In this document: in pieces, positions 13,085 through 25,887 of the stretch
How positions within the stretch are numbered: the stretch's first letter is position 1
How the letters are laid out: every line of letters starts with the position of its first letter
From: Octopus vulgaris
Lineage: Eukaryota
Assembly: GCA_951406725.2 (NCBI GenBank)
Contig: OX597830.1
Span: 2,046,001-2,110,000 of the forward strand
Direction: 5' to 3'
DNA: 64,000 nucleotides
The notes under the pieces: model-generated
Seen by the model: only the letters and a program-made list of their open reading frames with translations
Database searches by the model: none
Told to the model about the DNA's origin: nothing
Made by a program: the position numbers and the translations under genes

Positions 13085-13085
<1 letters not shown>
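11912..13085 (+). mobile_element. Non-autonomous composite Helitron (inner Helitron 12690-13085)
   Basis: A|TC start; 3' hairpin CCCGAGCAACGCCGGG and CTAG|T end; both modules match 47370-49718. Confidence 0.85.
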
Positions 13086-13122
<37 letters not shown>

Positions 13123-13593
13123 ACAACATTTTGAATGTGGCTCCTGAGAAAGAGGGAAAGTAATTACCCGATCGTCAACGAGTGTTCCTTGTGAACTCTG
13201 TTATATGTCCGACCGATACTGCTATGATTTCAGTTCCATGCAGATTATCATCATCAAGTCTGCCTCCAGTATAGCAGTTTGATTACCACTAGACTTATTA
13301 GTATTACTACTTATGATATACAAGGGAAATGTAGAAAAATGTGATATATACGTACTTATGTTATCTCTCCCCTCTGCACTTTTCCACGTTGTGGTTGTTT
13401 GTAAATCCTGCATTGGATTTTCAAGTGAAATTCGATGTTTAAACTCAACAGATTATCAGCAAAGCACTTTCTTAATTTATGTTAATTTAATCAAATGGAA
13501 GTATTCCATTGATGGTCAACATCCAATCACACTTCCTTATGTCTGTATTGTACTTCTAAGCGTACTTTCTTAGTGTCTGTATTGTACTTCTAA

Positions 13594-14033
13594 AGATCTT
13601 TTCGATTTGAACAGTTTTTTCTAGCTGTGTCATATGAAATTGTCACCCATAATTATGACCCTAGTATCGATCTATTGCATTTCAATCTGTTTTAGTGTTA
13701 GGGTTAGAGATAGGGTTAGTTAGGGTTAGGGTTAGGGGTGGGGGAAGGGCTTCTTTTTGTCTTCAGAAATGTAAATAAACCCAATCTGTTTCTTAAACGA
13801 GGGACATATTCATACGGCACAGAATGTCTTCACTTCAATAGACGTCATTGATTGGTTGGAATTGCAGAAATTGAAGAAAAAAACAACAAATATCTTACAA
13901 ACTATAGAATTTTCTCAATAAAGCCAAGAGAAAAAGATGTGTTATAAACACATTCTACCAGTATACGAAGTTTAAAAGTGTTTAGTTACGTGGACATTAT
14001 TTTAAAAAACTGCCGGTCAAACCGAAAAGATCC
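13594..14033. mobile_element. TIR element of unassigned superfamily with internal TTAGGG-like repeats
   Basis: TIRs AGATCTTTTCGATTTGAACAG and CTGCCGGTCAAACCGAAAAGATCC; cttctaa direct repeat at 13587-13593 and 14034-14040. Confidence 0.65.
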
Positions 14034-15046
14034 CTTCTAATTATGTGATATTTGGGTCTGTTTTTGCTATTGATGAGTTTTTACTACCACTATTTTCCAC
14101 CATTCTATCGTTGCATACAGCACTGTTAGCTGTGGTTGGTTCATATCTCCCCTCTAGTTTTATTCTATTTAGCTTTGTGTTATTTAGTTTGTGCATTCAG
14201 GACTCTAGATTGTGGAAGGTCACCTATGCTAATCTTACACTGTGGTGTTTTTTTATGGCTTTGTGATATTTGGAGAATTTGGGAAAATGTTCATCTAATA
14301 ATGCTGCGAAAAATTCCTGGTCTATTCTGGATTTTACTCGTGAATTAAAGATCGGATTAAATCAAATAATTCCATCATTTCTTTTTCCATTTCTTTTGAT
14401 ATAACCATTAGGTTCTTTCCTGTATTTCATTGCTTTGTTGCTATTATTACTATCAGCATTTAACGGTGCGATTCTGTCTACCTTCGGCTGTAGTCTCATG
14501 AGTTCTGTTTTATATCTACATCTGTTATTGTCATAGTTTTTTTTCCTTTCCCATTTGGTTCCGATTATATTTACTAACTATTTCTTCAAAAACACTATTG
14601 AACAACCATCTTTAATTTTTTAAACAATGCTACAAATGTGATTTGTTTAGACAAGCCAGATGCTCAGAATGATGTGTATACTCAAATTTAAAAGGCACCC
14701 GAGTCCTTAGAAATTGTTGTATGTCACTATTCCGCCCTTATATCATTCATTCAATTTGTGCTTCACTTCTGATCAATATACAAACCAATGGAAAATCATT
14801 TCTTAGTTCCGAGCTGGTAAAATACCGATCTGTGTCACACCTCAGTATTAACAATAAAACAATGGCACCACGGCATCACAAGCAAGTGCGAAACTGAGTC
14901 CAATGCATCATTAAAATGGATTTTGGTTTGAGACTTAACCACGGAATAGTTGATTTGTCGTTTATCGTTCCCTAGATCTGGAATAACAATGCTGACGTAG
15001 GACGGGGTGTATGCGACATAGAATTAAGCAGAAAAGGAGTTTTCAT

Positions 15047-15235
15047 AGTTTGTTGATCAGTACGAGCTTTTAAATAACGAAAAATAAACAACTGATGACC
15101 ATCTCAAGATCGGAAGCAGACTGAACCAATGCATAGATTTTAAGAAATTCTTCACAAACTGTATCTACATCAGTGTGTGTGCGTACGTGATTCATTAATG
15201 CAAGATGTATGAGAAATTATACAATTGTACAACAA
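15047..15235 (+). repeat. 189-bp direct repeat, copy 1
   Basis: Identical by eye to 18417-18605. Confidence 0.9.
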
Positions 15236-16137
15236 AGGTAGGTCTTACTGTTTTTAGTTACTTGCATTGAGCTGGTATTTTATAAAATTATTTAACGCAA
15301 ACGTGCCCTCATTATATGCATGTATATATATATACACATATACATGTATATAAAATACATATACTTTTGTACATATGTATGCTATATATGTTCATATATT
15401 TATATACACCTATACACACACACACACACATATATATACATGTACAAAAACACATGTGTGTATATACTTGTTTGTATATATGTGTATATATTTATATATA
15501 TATATATATGTATATATTTATATATGTATACAGACACACACACACACACATAAACACTGTATATAAAAAGCAAATGTTTACGAAGTAATCAGTCACCGAT
15601 TACAGGAATACATAAGTGGTATTTGCTTTGCAAGATTCTCAGAGTTAAGTAAATACATCAAAACAATTCAACACAGAATATCACGGCACACAGGTTCATT
15701 GGCAACATAAGTGTCTTCTAAACAGAAGCATATGCATACACATATAGATACATACATATATACAGATGCAAATGCATACTTACATACATACACGCACACA
15801 CACACACACACACTCACACACACACATATTATATATATATATTTATACATCTGTATATAGGAATATGTATATGTGTGTCCTATATACCGACGGCTGCCAT
15901 TGCAAATGGAGTTGCAAATGATAGGTGTGCACTTGCCATCACCTCTTGAATTAAGGTAACTGAAGTAAACAAACATATTACAGTAAGTATGAGAAATGGA
16001 AAAAAAGTAGAGTTGATGCACGGAGAAGAACAAACGCTGGCAAAGGAGAAATCTGTACGTTGCGTTCTTCCAAAACATAAACGACATTGACGTCATTGAT
16101 AGCAAACGATTTGTTGTCATGGACGCCAGTGTATATA

Positions 16138-16138
<1 letters not shown>

Positions 16139-16234
<96 letters not shown>

Positions 16235-16381
16235 GTTGCTGCTGCTGCTGCTGCTGCTGCTACTACTACCACCGCTACTACTATTATTACTACTACTGCT
16301 ACTACTACTACCACCACCACCACCACCACCACCACCACTACCACCACTACCACCACCACCACCACCACCACCACCACCACT
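16139..16381. repeat. Compound (TAC)/(TGC)/(CAC) microsatellite
   Basis: Direct reading. Confidence 0.95.
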
Positions 16382-16590
16382 ATCCCTGGAGATTACATCA
16401 GGGTAGGAGAGTGTGCGCCCTCTGGTATCGCGAGCAGATGGCTTCCAGAGGAGAAGAGTAGAAATTACCTCGTTTTCAGCTCTACAACAATGTCCAGCAA
16501 ACTGGACTCTCCTACCTTTCACAAGAGATGACACAGGTGGTAGTTTCCCATATATTTGCATTTTGGTTGGATGGCGCTTCCACGAGAGAT
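16382..16590 (-). mobile_element. RTE/RTEX LINE fragment
   Basis: SWKRHPTKMQIYGKLPPVSSLVKGRRVQFAGHCCRAENEVISTLLLWKP...RGR, the RR..FAGH..R motif. Confidence 0.75.
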
Positions 16591-16802
16591 TTTGTTACCC
16601 ATCGATTAAATGGGTTTATATTGGCGGAGAAATATGAAAAACTTTTCTGTATTTGTCTGAAGATTTCTGGAAGATGCGAGTTTGCGAATTCGTGATCCTG
16701 TCTCTGCGCATGCGTATATGGTGTATGTCCTTGTTTGTCTATATATGTATGTGTGTGAGTGCCAGTGTGCATGTGTTTGTCTTCGTGATTGCGTCTGTGT
16801 GC

Positions 16803-16842
<40 letters not shown>

Positions 16843-16844
<2 letters not shown>

Positions 16845-17242
16845 AGCTGTGTGGTAAGTAGCTTGCTAACCAACCACATGGTTCCGGGTTCAGTCCCACT
16901 GCGTGGCACCTTGGGCAAGTGTCTTCTACTATAGCCTCGGGCCGACCAATGCCTTGTGAGTGGATTTGGTAGACGGAAGCTGAAAGAAGCCTGTCGTGTA
17001 TATGTATATATATATGTATTATGTGTGTGTGTTTGTGTGTCTGTGTTTGTCTCCCTAGCATTGCTTGACAACCGATGCTGGTGTGTCTACGACCCTGTCA
17101 CTTAACGGTTCGGCAAAAGAGAGACCGATAGAATAAGTACTAGGCTTACAAAGAATAAGTCCCGGGGTCGAATTGCCTGACTAAAGGCGGTGCTCCAGCA
17201 TGGCCGCAGTCAAATGACTGAAACAAGTAAAACAGTAAAAGA

Positions 17243-17244
<2 letters not shown>
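16843..17244 (+). mobile_element. SINE family A, slightly 5'-truncated
   Basis: Matches 1765-2189. Confidence 0.9.
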
Positions 17245-17304
<60 letters not shown>

Positions 17305-17313
17305 ACGCAATCA

Positions 17314-17520
17314 TTGATTCAAAATGTGACCGCGTGTGTACCGTTGGCGAGTTTCTTTTTCCTCTGTCTTCCCTTCTCTGGATCTTTCCTTCTCCGACGA
17401 AGAGCTCCGCTAGAAACGTTAAACCCTCCTTCTTTCATTCTTTCCTTAGCGTCCAATAATACTATATTTGTTCCACGTCCTCGCGTTGTTGTGTTTTTTT
17501 GTGCTTTCTTGTTTGGATTA

Positions 17521-17525
<5 letters not shown>
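17314..17525 (+). mobile_element. PLE-type terminal repeat with HHR-like motif (17394-17421)
   Basis: CCGACGA-A-GAGC-tcc-GCTA-GAAACGT-T; ends at an (AT)n tract. Confidence 0.55.
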
Positions 17526-17554
<29 letters not shown>

Positions 17555-17556
<2 letters not shown>

Positions 17557-18250
17557 TAAAACGGTAAGATAACAAAAGAAAGAAAGAGACCTCAATATTA
17601 TGTAAATAGAGGAAATTTATCTATACAATAATATGCTACATTACTCGATAGTCAAGATAAAACTCTGAGTTTCAGATGCCGAAGTGGAAATCCACAACAC
17701 CATCTCTTCGGTTATCTGGCTATTTGAAAACGCTATGAAAAAATACCGTTATATAAAGGGAAATTACTCTGTTATAACTGTGCTTGCCTGCGTACTTATA
17801 CATCGCTCGCATTTTTCGTCATAAAAATTATATAAAAATACATAAAAAATATATAAAAATATATAAAAATATATAAAAATATATAAAATCTTCTTGGGAC
17901 ATAACATAGAAAGCATGTTCTATCTGTTTTCTTTAGGGGACCCAAAACGTAACAGAAATTTAGTCACATTTGGGTATGATCCGAAAAGTTCTGTCCTTGT
18001 GTTTAGACATGTAGTAGGGTCTAAGCTGCTTTTCCAGATAAGCCATCTCTCCATGTCGCATAGACCGCACCTTCCGCTGCCGTTGGTATAGGGCTTACAT
18101 CTGGCCAAAATCTTCCAATGTATGTTATAATCGACACCTTTATCTCTTAAAGACCAAATATGATTAGATAATTGTGTCGCTTTTCTTTTGTTCCAGTGCC
18201 TAAAGCTCAAAGTGTGGTTATTGAACCTGGCCTTGAAATTACCCTCTGTA
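17555..18250 (-). mobile_element. Penelope-like element 3' part: GIY-YIG endonuclease C-terminus plus HHR-bearing terminal repeat
   Basis: TEGNFKARFNNHTLSF...ATQLSNHIWSL...IHWKILARCKPY...RCGLCDMERWLI...LNTRTEL; HHR-like fold at 17655-17717. Confidence 0.8.
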
Positions 18251-18416
18251 TTTCTTCGTCGAAACGGTGTCTTTAGTGGTTATATATATGTTCTTGAGTT
18301 CGCTTGTGTATGCGTGTTTTTTATTGAGTAGGTGTGTATGTATGTCTGCGAATGCAAGAATGAACAGGCAAACATCTGCTGGAAGGATTGAATTAATGAT
18401 TACTAACTTATGTAGA

Positions 18417-18605
18417 AGTTTGTTGATCAGTACGAGCTTTTAAATAACGAAAAATAAACAACTGATGACCATCTCAAGATCGGAAGCAGACTGAACCAAT
18501 GCATAGATTTTAAGAAATTCTTCACAAACTGTATCTACATCAGTGTGTGTGCGTACGTGATTCATTAATGCAAGATGTATGAGAAATTATACAATTGTAC
18601 AACAA
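18417..18605 (+). repeat. 189-bp direct repeat, copy 2
   Basis: Identical by eye to 15047-15235. Confidence 0.9.
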
Positions 18606-19368
18606 TACCTGTATTTAACAGGTATTTGTTTTATCAGCTCAAGAAAAATAATTTACAAACTTACTTTCGAGGAGGTATTGAACCCAGCTCAGTAATTAAT
18701 TACTGCGAGACATTTCCTTTTGACCACTCAGTTCGTTTAATGAGTTGCAGAATTAATGAATGACAATTAACTCAGAATTTGTTTCATTAATTAGTAAAAC
18801 AAAATATATTCTCTTTAGTGAACAGAGCCATTTAGTATTAAGTGTATGAAATGGTTCCCTTCAAAATTATTTACTGGTTCGAAATACCAGTTTTATCCAA
18901 TCGCTTTTGATATTATGGAAATTTCAAACCAGTTTGTGTTTTTGTCCTTTTCTGAAGCTTCCTTTGTAATTAAAATATGAATATATTATTAAAAAAATAT
19001 TTCAATTTTAAATTAGTTGTGATATTGAAATTTAAAAAAATATTCTTCTTTAATTCTCTGCTTGTATTAACATACCATTGACCGATGAATTATTCACACA
19101 TGGTTTCGTGAATGAAAAAATAAAGGCTGAGGGAAACGTGAAAGTAAATATATAAAAAAAATCAGATTTTTAAGTACTGATTGAATATATGTTTTATGTG
19201 AACATCTCTCTCTCTCCCCTTTTCTCTTCCTCACTCCCTTTCTCTCTCTCTCCTGCTTATATATACACACGCATGTAAAGACATATACACGTATGTATGT
19301 ATGTATGTATGTATCTTGTGTCTCATGAAGGTCATTATACTAATGATAACGCACGCAAACGTAGTTTA

Positions 19369-19432
<64 letters not shown>

Positions 19433-19463
19433 AATATATCCATCCACATAATGTATGTATATA

Positions 19464-19520
<57 letters not shown>

Positions 19521-19541
19521 CCATCCATATGTCTGTATATG

Positions 19542-19626
<85 letters not shown>

Positions 19627-19759
19627 ATCCATGTGTGTGTACATATATATAAACGTATGTATATAAATGTGTGTGTATGCATATATATATATCCATATAT
19701 ATGTCTGTATATGTCTTTGTATGTAAGGGTAAGGCTGATTGGTGGTGGATGAACAGTTT

Positions 19760-20625
19760 TCATCCGGACTCCTGTCTTCGCCTTGAACAGGGATTGACTA
19801 ATATTCTCTCTTCGCTCCTTTGCATCACATGGGTTCGACTCCCCCCCTTTTCATCTAATCCTCCTCCCCTCTCCTCCCACCCACCTCTCCTCTCTTGCTC
19901 CATCTCCTTCTTCTCTTCACTCCTACCCACCTCCCTTCCTCTCCCTTCATCGTCACCCCTCCATCCCTTACACTCACTCCCACATACCTCACCTCTACAT
20001 CCACCCTCAGCCTAACCCACACCCGACCCTTGCTTTCTCCACATCTCAACACCACCACACCACACACAATCATACCACACAACATCACATTACATCACAC
20101 CACCACGCACACACTACCACTAACAACTTGACAGCACCCACACCATCATCCACACACCTACACATGCACACACGCACACATCAAGGTCACCAGCACTCTT
20201 CCACACGCACATAATGCTCTCTTGTACACACGCACGCACAACTTCTCCCTAGCTCTCCTGTGTGACCCTTCTGTCCAGTATAACAACTTGACAGCACCCA
20301 CACCATCATCCACACACCTACACATGCACACACGCACACATCAAGGTCACCAGCACTCTTCCACACACACATAATGCTCTCTTGTACACACGCACGCACA
20401 ACTTCTCCCTAGCTCTCCTGTGTGACCCTTCTGTCCAGTATTCGCCATGATAGATTGCTAGCCACTACACATTCATTATTTTCTCTCCCTGTTTCTTTGT
20501 GTTCCTTTCTGTGGAAGAGCATAGGCTCGAAACGTTAAAGACTCTTTCACTTCCCGAGCGTTAAACTAATACATCTGTTTGTTGTCTACACCACCTGTCT
20601 TCGTCTTTTTTTGTGAATTCTCCCT
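19760..20625 (+). mobile_element. Penelope-like 3' fragment with HHR-like motif at 20505-20540
   Basis: Decayed LEQGL...SHGFDS resembles a GIY-YIG tail; cttt-CTGTGGA-A-GAGC-atag-GCTC-GAAACGT-T-aaag. Confidence 0.55.
20121..20440 (+). repeat. Tandem duplication, 2 x 160 bp
   Basis: 20121-20280 nearly identical to 20281-20440. Confidence 0.9.
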
Positions 20626-22238
20626 ATATATATATGTATGTGTATGTGTGTGTGTATGTACGGGATATGAGCATGATTCTATTGGTGTGTATGTACAAGA
20701 TAACATGACAAACATTATATACTGCGAACTACGTGTCTTCCATGCATACCTGGGTTTCTGATCTATGATAATGGCCATAGACAAGGAAGATTTCTTTCAA
20801 TGATGTGGGGGGGGGCTCCAATATTTGCAACAAAGTTTACTCTTTTAAAGACAACATACACGAAAGGATCCAACTGCACTTTATAAATTTACACCTTTTC
20901 TATAATTGTCTCTTTGGAGACATACTTCTTTTTTGCATATCAAACATGCTCAGTTCCCAGATTGCAGTAGAATCCCGTGGTCTCTCCTGCGAACTAAAAC
21001 ATGCCTTTCCTACATTGACGTTTGCATTTCTGAATTTTAGGCCATGCTTTAATGCCTGGACGTAGTTCTCAGCGAAGAGGAGAGAAGGAAACAATCTGAC
21101 TAAATTATATTTTTTATTCCTATTGCATTGAGTACAATAAACATGAGGAAAGCGAGGTCTAATATATTTGCTTCCATGTTAAATTTCTCGCTGTATGTGA
21201 CTCACGTGTGTATATTGATTGCTCTTTATATATATAGACACACACACACATATTTATACATATCGCATGTACAGATCGATTGCATCAAATAAAAATAGTA
21301 GTCAAATCTCTCTCATATCACATACTGTAATATCAAAATTTTACTGTATGCTACCCTGTGTATACGCACATACTATCTCTCTAACATAACTCGCATTGAT
21401 TGATGCACACATGAACGTATATTTATATATATATATAAAACAATAAGGGTTTAGCAACAAGTTGCTTGACCACATACCGTTGCTAAACACTTATTGTTAT
21501 AATCATATATATAAAAAAGTGTTTGTATAAGTTTTTACCGAATATGGTCCTTTTCCATACCGAAAAACTAGTAGGTGAAATTTGTTGATTTTATTAAATT
21601 AATAATCTTTCACCCTATATCGGCAATGATATATATATATATATATATATATAAGCACATAATGGGAGAAGCCGATGATTTGTGCTGAATAGCTGTTTCC
21701 TAAACTTATAAAACTCTAAAAAAGACAGTAACTGTACATGTGTGTGTTTTTAGGCCTGCTCAGTTAGAGCTAACTGGGTGTAAATCTACATCAATTAAGG
21801 TAGATCTTAAGCAGTAACCAATACTGTAACCTATAAGAGGTTTCATGAGTTGCTAGATACAGCAGCTAAATCTGTTTTAAATCACGCACAACCTCACAGA
21901 GAGAAAGATCTATTTGAAAATACAGTTCATGGTATACTGAAGCACTGTAGCCAAGGCGAGGAAAGCTGCATTTGACTGTGCAGTGAAAGTATGCAATAAA
22001 TGTAAAGGTACGGAATTATAACAACAACAAGATTATTAATAACAACAATAATTATAATTACATCAACAAAAACAATAAGGATAATAACAACTCACTAGCA
22101 TGTACGTGTTGCAATCCTAATAGATCTTGGCAGTGTAATATTGAATTTCTCGTTTCATATACGTGAGTGCGTTTGTGTACATACATATATACATCTATAT
22201 ACATGTACATATAATTGCATATGCTTAAATATACTCAA

Positions 22239-22312
<74 letters not shown>

Positions 22313-22950
22313 GTGTCTGTATGTGTGTGTGTGCATATGTGAGCCTAAGAAAGAATTGCATCTAATCACTGCATAATGCAACTGTTTAGTGCAAGTTGAT
22401 GGGATTTACGTTGTTGAACTTGAAACTCTGATCGCCTCATCTCAAACACATTCACACGTTTCAATTTTTGTCTTTTTTATTCATTATTCTGAGTTTATTT
22501 TTTTCCAGTTTTTTAAAAAATATTTCAATGACTTTTCCATTTTTGTCGTATTTTTACGTATTTTCGTTAATATTTCTTATTTGCTTCCTTTCCATTTTCA
22601 TTAATTTTATTTCATTATCTTTTTAGGTATTAATTTATATTTTCGTTTTAAAAGTCCACCTCAGAAGAATATTTCCTAACAAACTTCTCTCACTTTTCCT
22701 CTTTTAATTTCTTTTCTGTTGCTTTGATTTTGCTTTTTCTGTCATTTCTATAGTATTAGTGGTTGCTATTTTCTTGGTGCTAAGCTCTCTACCAAGGTAT
22801 TAAATCAGATCATATTGAAGTGAATCTTTCACTCTGCAAGTCTCTTAAAATGGCATCACACTTAGGATCGAGTTTGCATAATCTTTTATTTTTTCTATTC
22901 TTATATTTTTGTGTATTGTTTAGTTTGTGGTTTTATGTTTGTGTATTGTT

Positions 22951-23005
<55 letters not shown>

Positions 23006-23812
23006 TTGTGTGAATATGCATATATGTTTAGATATATATACATATGTATATATGAATATATATATATACACACATGTATATATATACATATATGCATATA
23101 TATTTAGATATATATATATACATATGTATATTTTATATATATATATATATATATACATATGTGTATATACACATATATACGTATATATACATATATATAC
23201 ATATATATATACATACATATATATATTTATATATATATATACATATGTTTATATGTATATATATATATAAACATTAATATATGTGCATATATATATACAC
23301 ACACAAACATGTATATATACATATATATACAAATATATGTATTTATACATATGTATGTATATGCGTGTATCTTCGGTAAAAGCGAGAAAAATATGGGGAG
23401 AGAAATAAGGATGTAGTGTACTTTAATTTTATTTTTCCTTCATTTCAAATCAATTTGTGATACTTAAGAAATATTTTCATTTATTTTTCAATTTTATATT
23501 GAGTTCAGAATGAATTTCTATGCGTATTCAAACAGCTCTGTCAGCATTTTCACTTGGGCATGCCTGCTTGTTAATAAAATGATAACTGACAACAATAGTG
23601 GTGATTTCAAACCAAGAAACATTCATTGGTTGTGCACAAAGGCATTTGAAAGACTAAAACACATGCAGAAAGTACACACACACACACTCACACACACACA
23701 CTCACAGGTATGCATGGCTTTGTTTTGAGTACATACAAGCACACAAGCGTGTTTGCTTTTGTATGCATACAAATACGCGTGCATTTGCGTATATGTATGT
23801 GTACACACATAA

Positions 23813-23856
<44 letters not shown>

Positions 23857-24564
23857 ATGAACTTGTTTGTGTGTACATAGATTTGTGTGGCTGTAGTAAA
23901 TATATTTATAGGAGTGGCGGGTGCTGGTTCCCTTTTCAGATTTTATTTATTTATTTTTTCTTTATCCTATTTTTCATTTCCAAAATGGACGCAGAACCTC
24001 ATTAGGAAACAATCTATAATTAAATGTTTGGAGTCTCTTCAAATCGACATCTAAAATAAAAGAAAGACATAGTGACGTAGTGAGACAATCACAGAGCAAG
24101 ATATAACAGATACAGGGGTGTATATACACACAATCACGCACAAGCACAAATGCACGCGCACGCACACATGTAGGAATAAGGGGAGACGCGCAGAGAGTGG
24201 AAGGAAGAGGAAGAGTTCTGAAGTATGAGATTATGAGAGAGAAAGAGAAATAGAATTTCATTGCTAAAAAAGGTGAGAGAAGGAAAGAGAGAAATAAGAA
24301 GCGAGAGGGAGATATATATATAGAGAGAAAAAAAGAGGGAGAGAGAGATAGAGATAGATAATGTAAGGAATTAACAGTGGGAAACCAAATCGTGCTGGAG
24401 TTCAGATTTTGTATTTGAATGAAAGTTGCAAGATGATAAAGGTAACAAAAGAGCCTAAACGAAACAAAACAATGAAAATAAAACATTTAAACGTCTAACA
24501 ACAAATCAGTTTAAAGCATGTCATTACAGCTAAAGGCATTCATACTGGCATACATGCATCCATA

Positions 24565-24619
<55 letters not shown>

Positions 24620-24770
24620 TTTTATGCGTTTCAGCATAAAAAATACATAATTATCCTGAATGTCTTTATGTAGACATGAATTTAGGTAAAAATTTTATAT
24701 ATATGTACGCATGTATGTATATCTACGTCAGCATAGACATTGATACATATTTATACACACACACACACAT

Positions 24771-24832
<62 letters not shown>

Positions 24833-25625
24833 TATGCATACAAGAAAATATGCATACATTTATATATGTATATATGTATCTATATCTAAATATACAAAAT
24901 ATGATTCTATGTGTGCGTGTATGTGTGAGTACATACATTTTCTATTGATCTTCATTAATATCTGTTGGCGATAACAGAGATTGCCTCAGTCAGGAATGAA
25001 ATTAAATGTATTTAATAGATTAGGTGCATAAATTGTATGGATATATTATAAAATAATATTGTCAAATATATTTCGGAAATCACGTTATGGTAGCGTCGTT
25101 GTGATATCGAGGAAGGATGAAACAAGTATGAAATGTGGATGTAAACGGATCAACAGGTCTCAAGAAATTCACTTCACAAGATGTGAAATAACAACAGGGC
25201 TAAGTTACTACAAACTGCTTTGATCAGTTTACAAATGATGGGAACGGTAAAATTGGAGCAAATCTACTATAATCTTAAGTACGTGCGCAATTGGGAACGT
25301 GTAAGAAAATACAAATAACACTGAAATATACATGTATATGTTTGTGAGAGTACGTGTGTATGTGTGAGAGAGACAGAGAGACAGTGTAGAATTTACTCAC
25401 AAACTCGCATAGACTTCTATATACTTACATCTATCCAAACGCACAGATTCATACATATATATATATCACGGTGTCATGTTTTCGACCAATGTACTGGCTT
25501 CCTCGTATTGTTATAGTTTTCGAATGTTGCCACAGAAGCAGTTAGGCAACCAAACTAATATTTCCCCTTGAGATGTCACTTCGTTGGAGGAATTTTCATA
25601 CGCAACAAACATCTCTCTCTCTCCC

Positions 25626-25664
<39 letters not shown>

Positions 25665-25837
25665 TTTATTTGTGAATTAAGGCTACCAGTATTTTCATGT
25701 TAAAAATATCCTAGTGTCTTAATAATTTTTCAAGCCGAACACACGGAGAAAGGTGTTCACCTTCATTTTGGAAAACACCAATGCGGTGTTGAGCGCTCAT
25801 TTCCATCGTTCGACATTTACGTGTATATATATGTATA

Positions 25838-25887
<50 letters not shown>

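Noticed and set aside
15092-15125. CTGATGA-CCATCT-ca-AGATCGG-AAGC as a hammerhead (also at 18462)
   Set aside because: No GAAA...UH segment and no stem I pairing
15668-16561. 297-aa ORF, the longest in the track
   Set aside because: Chimera of an RTE fragment, trinucleotide repeats and flanking DNA
15047-18605. LTR retrotransposon bounded by the 189-bp repeats
   Set aside because: No TG...CA ends, PBS, PPT, TSD or gag/pol
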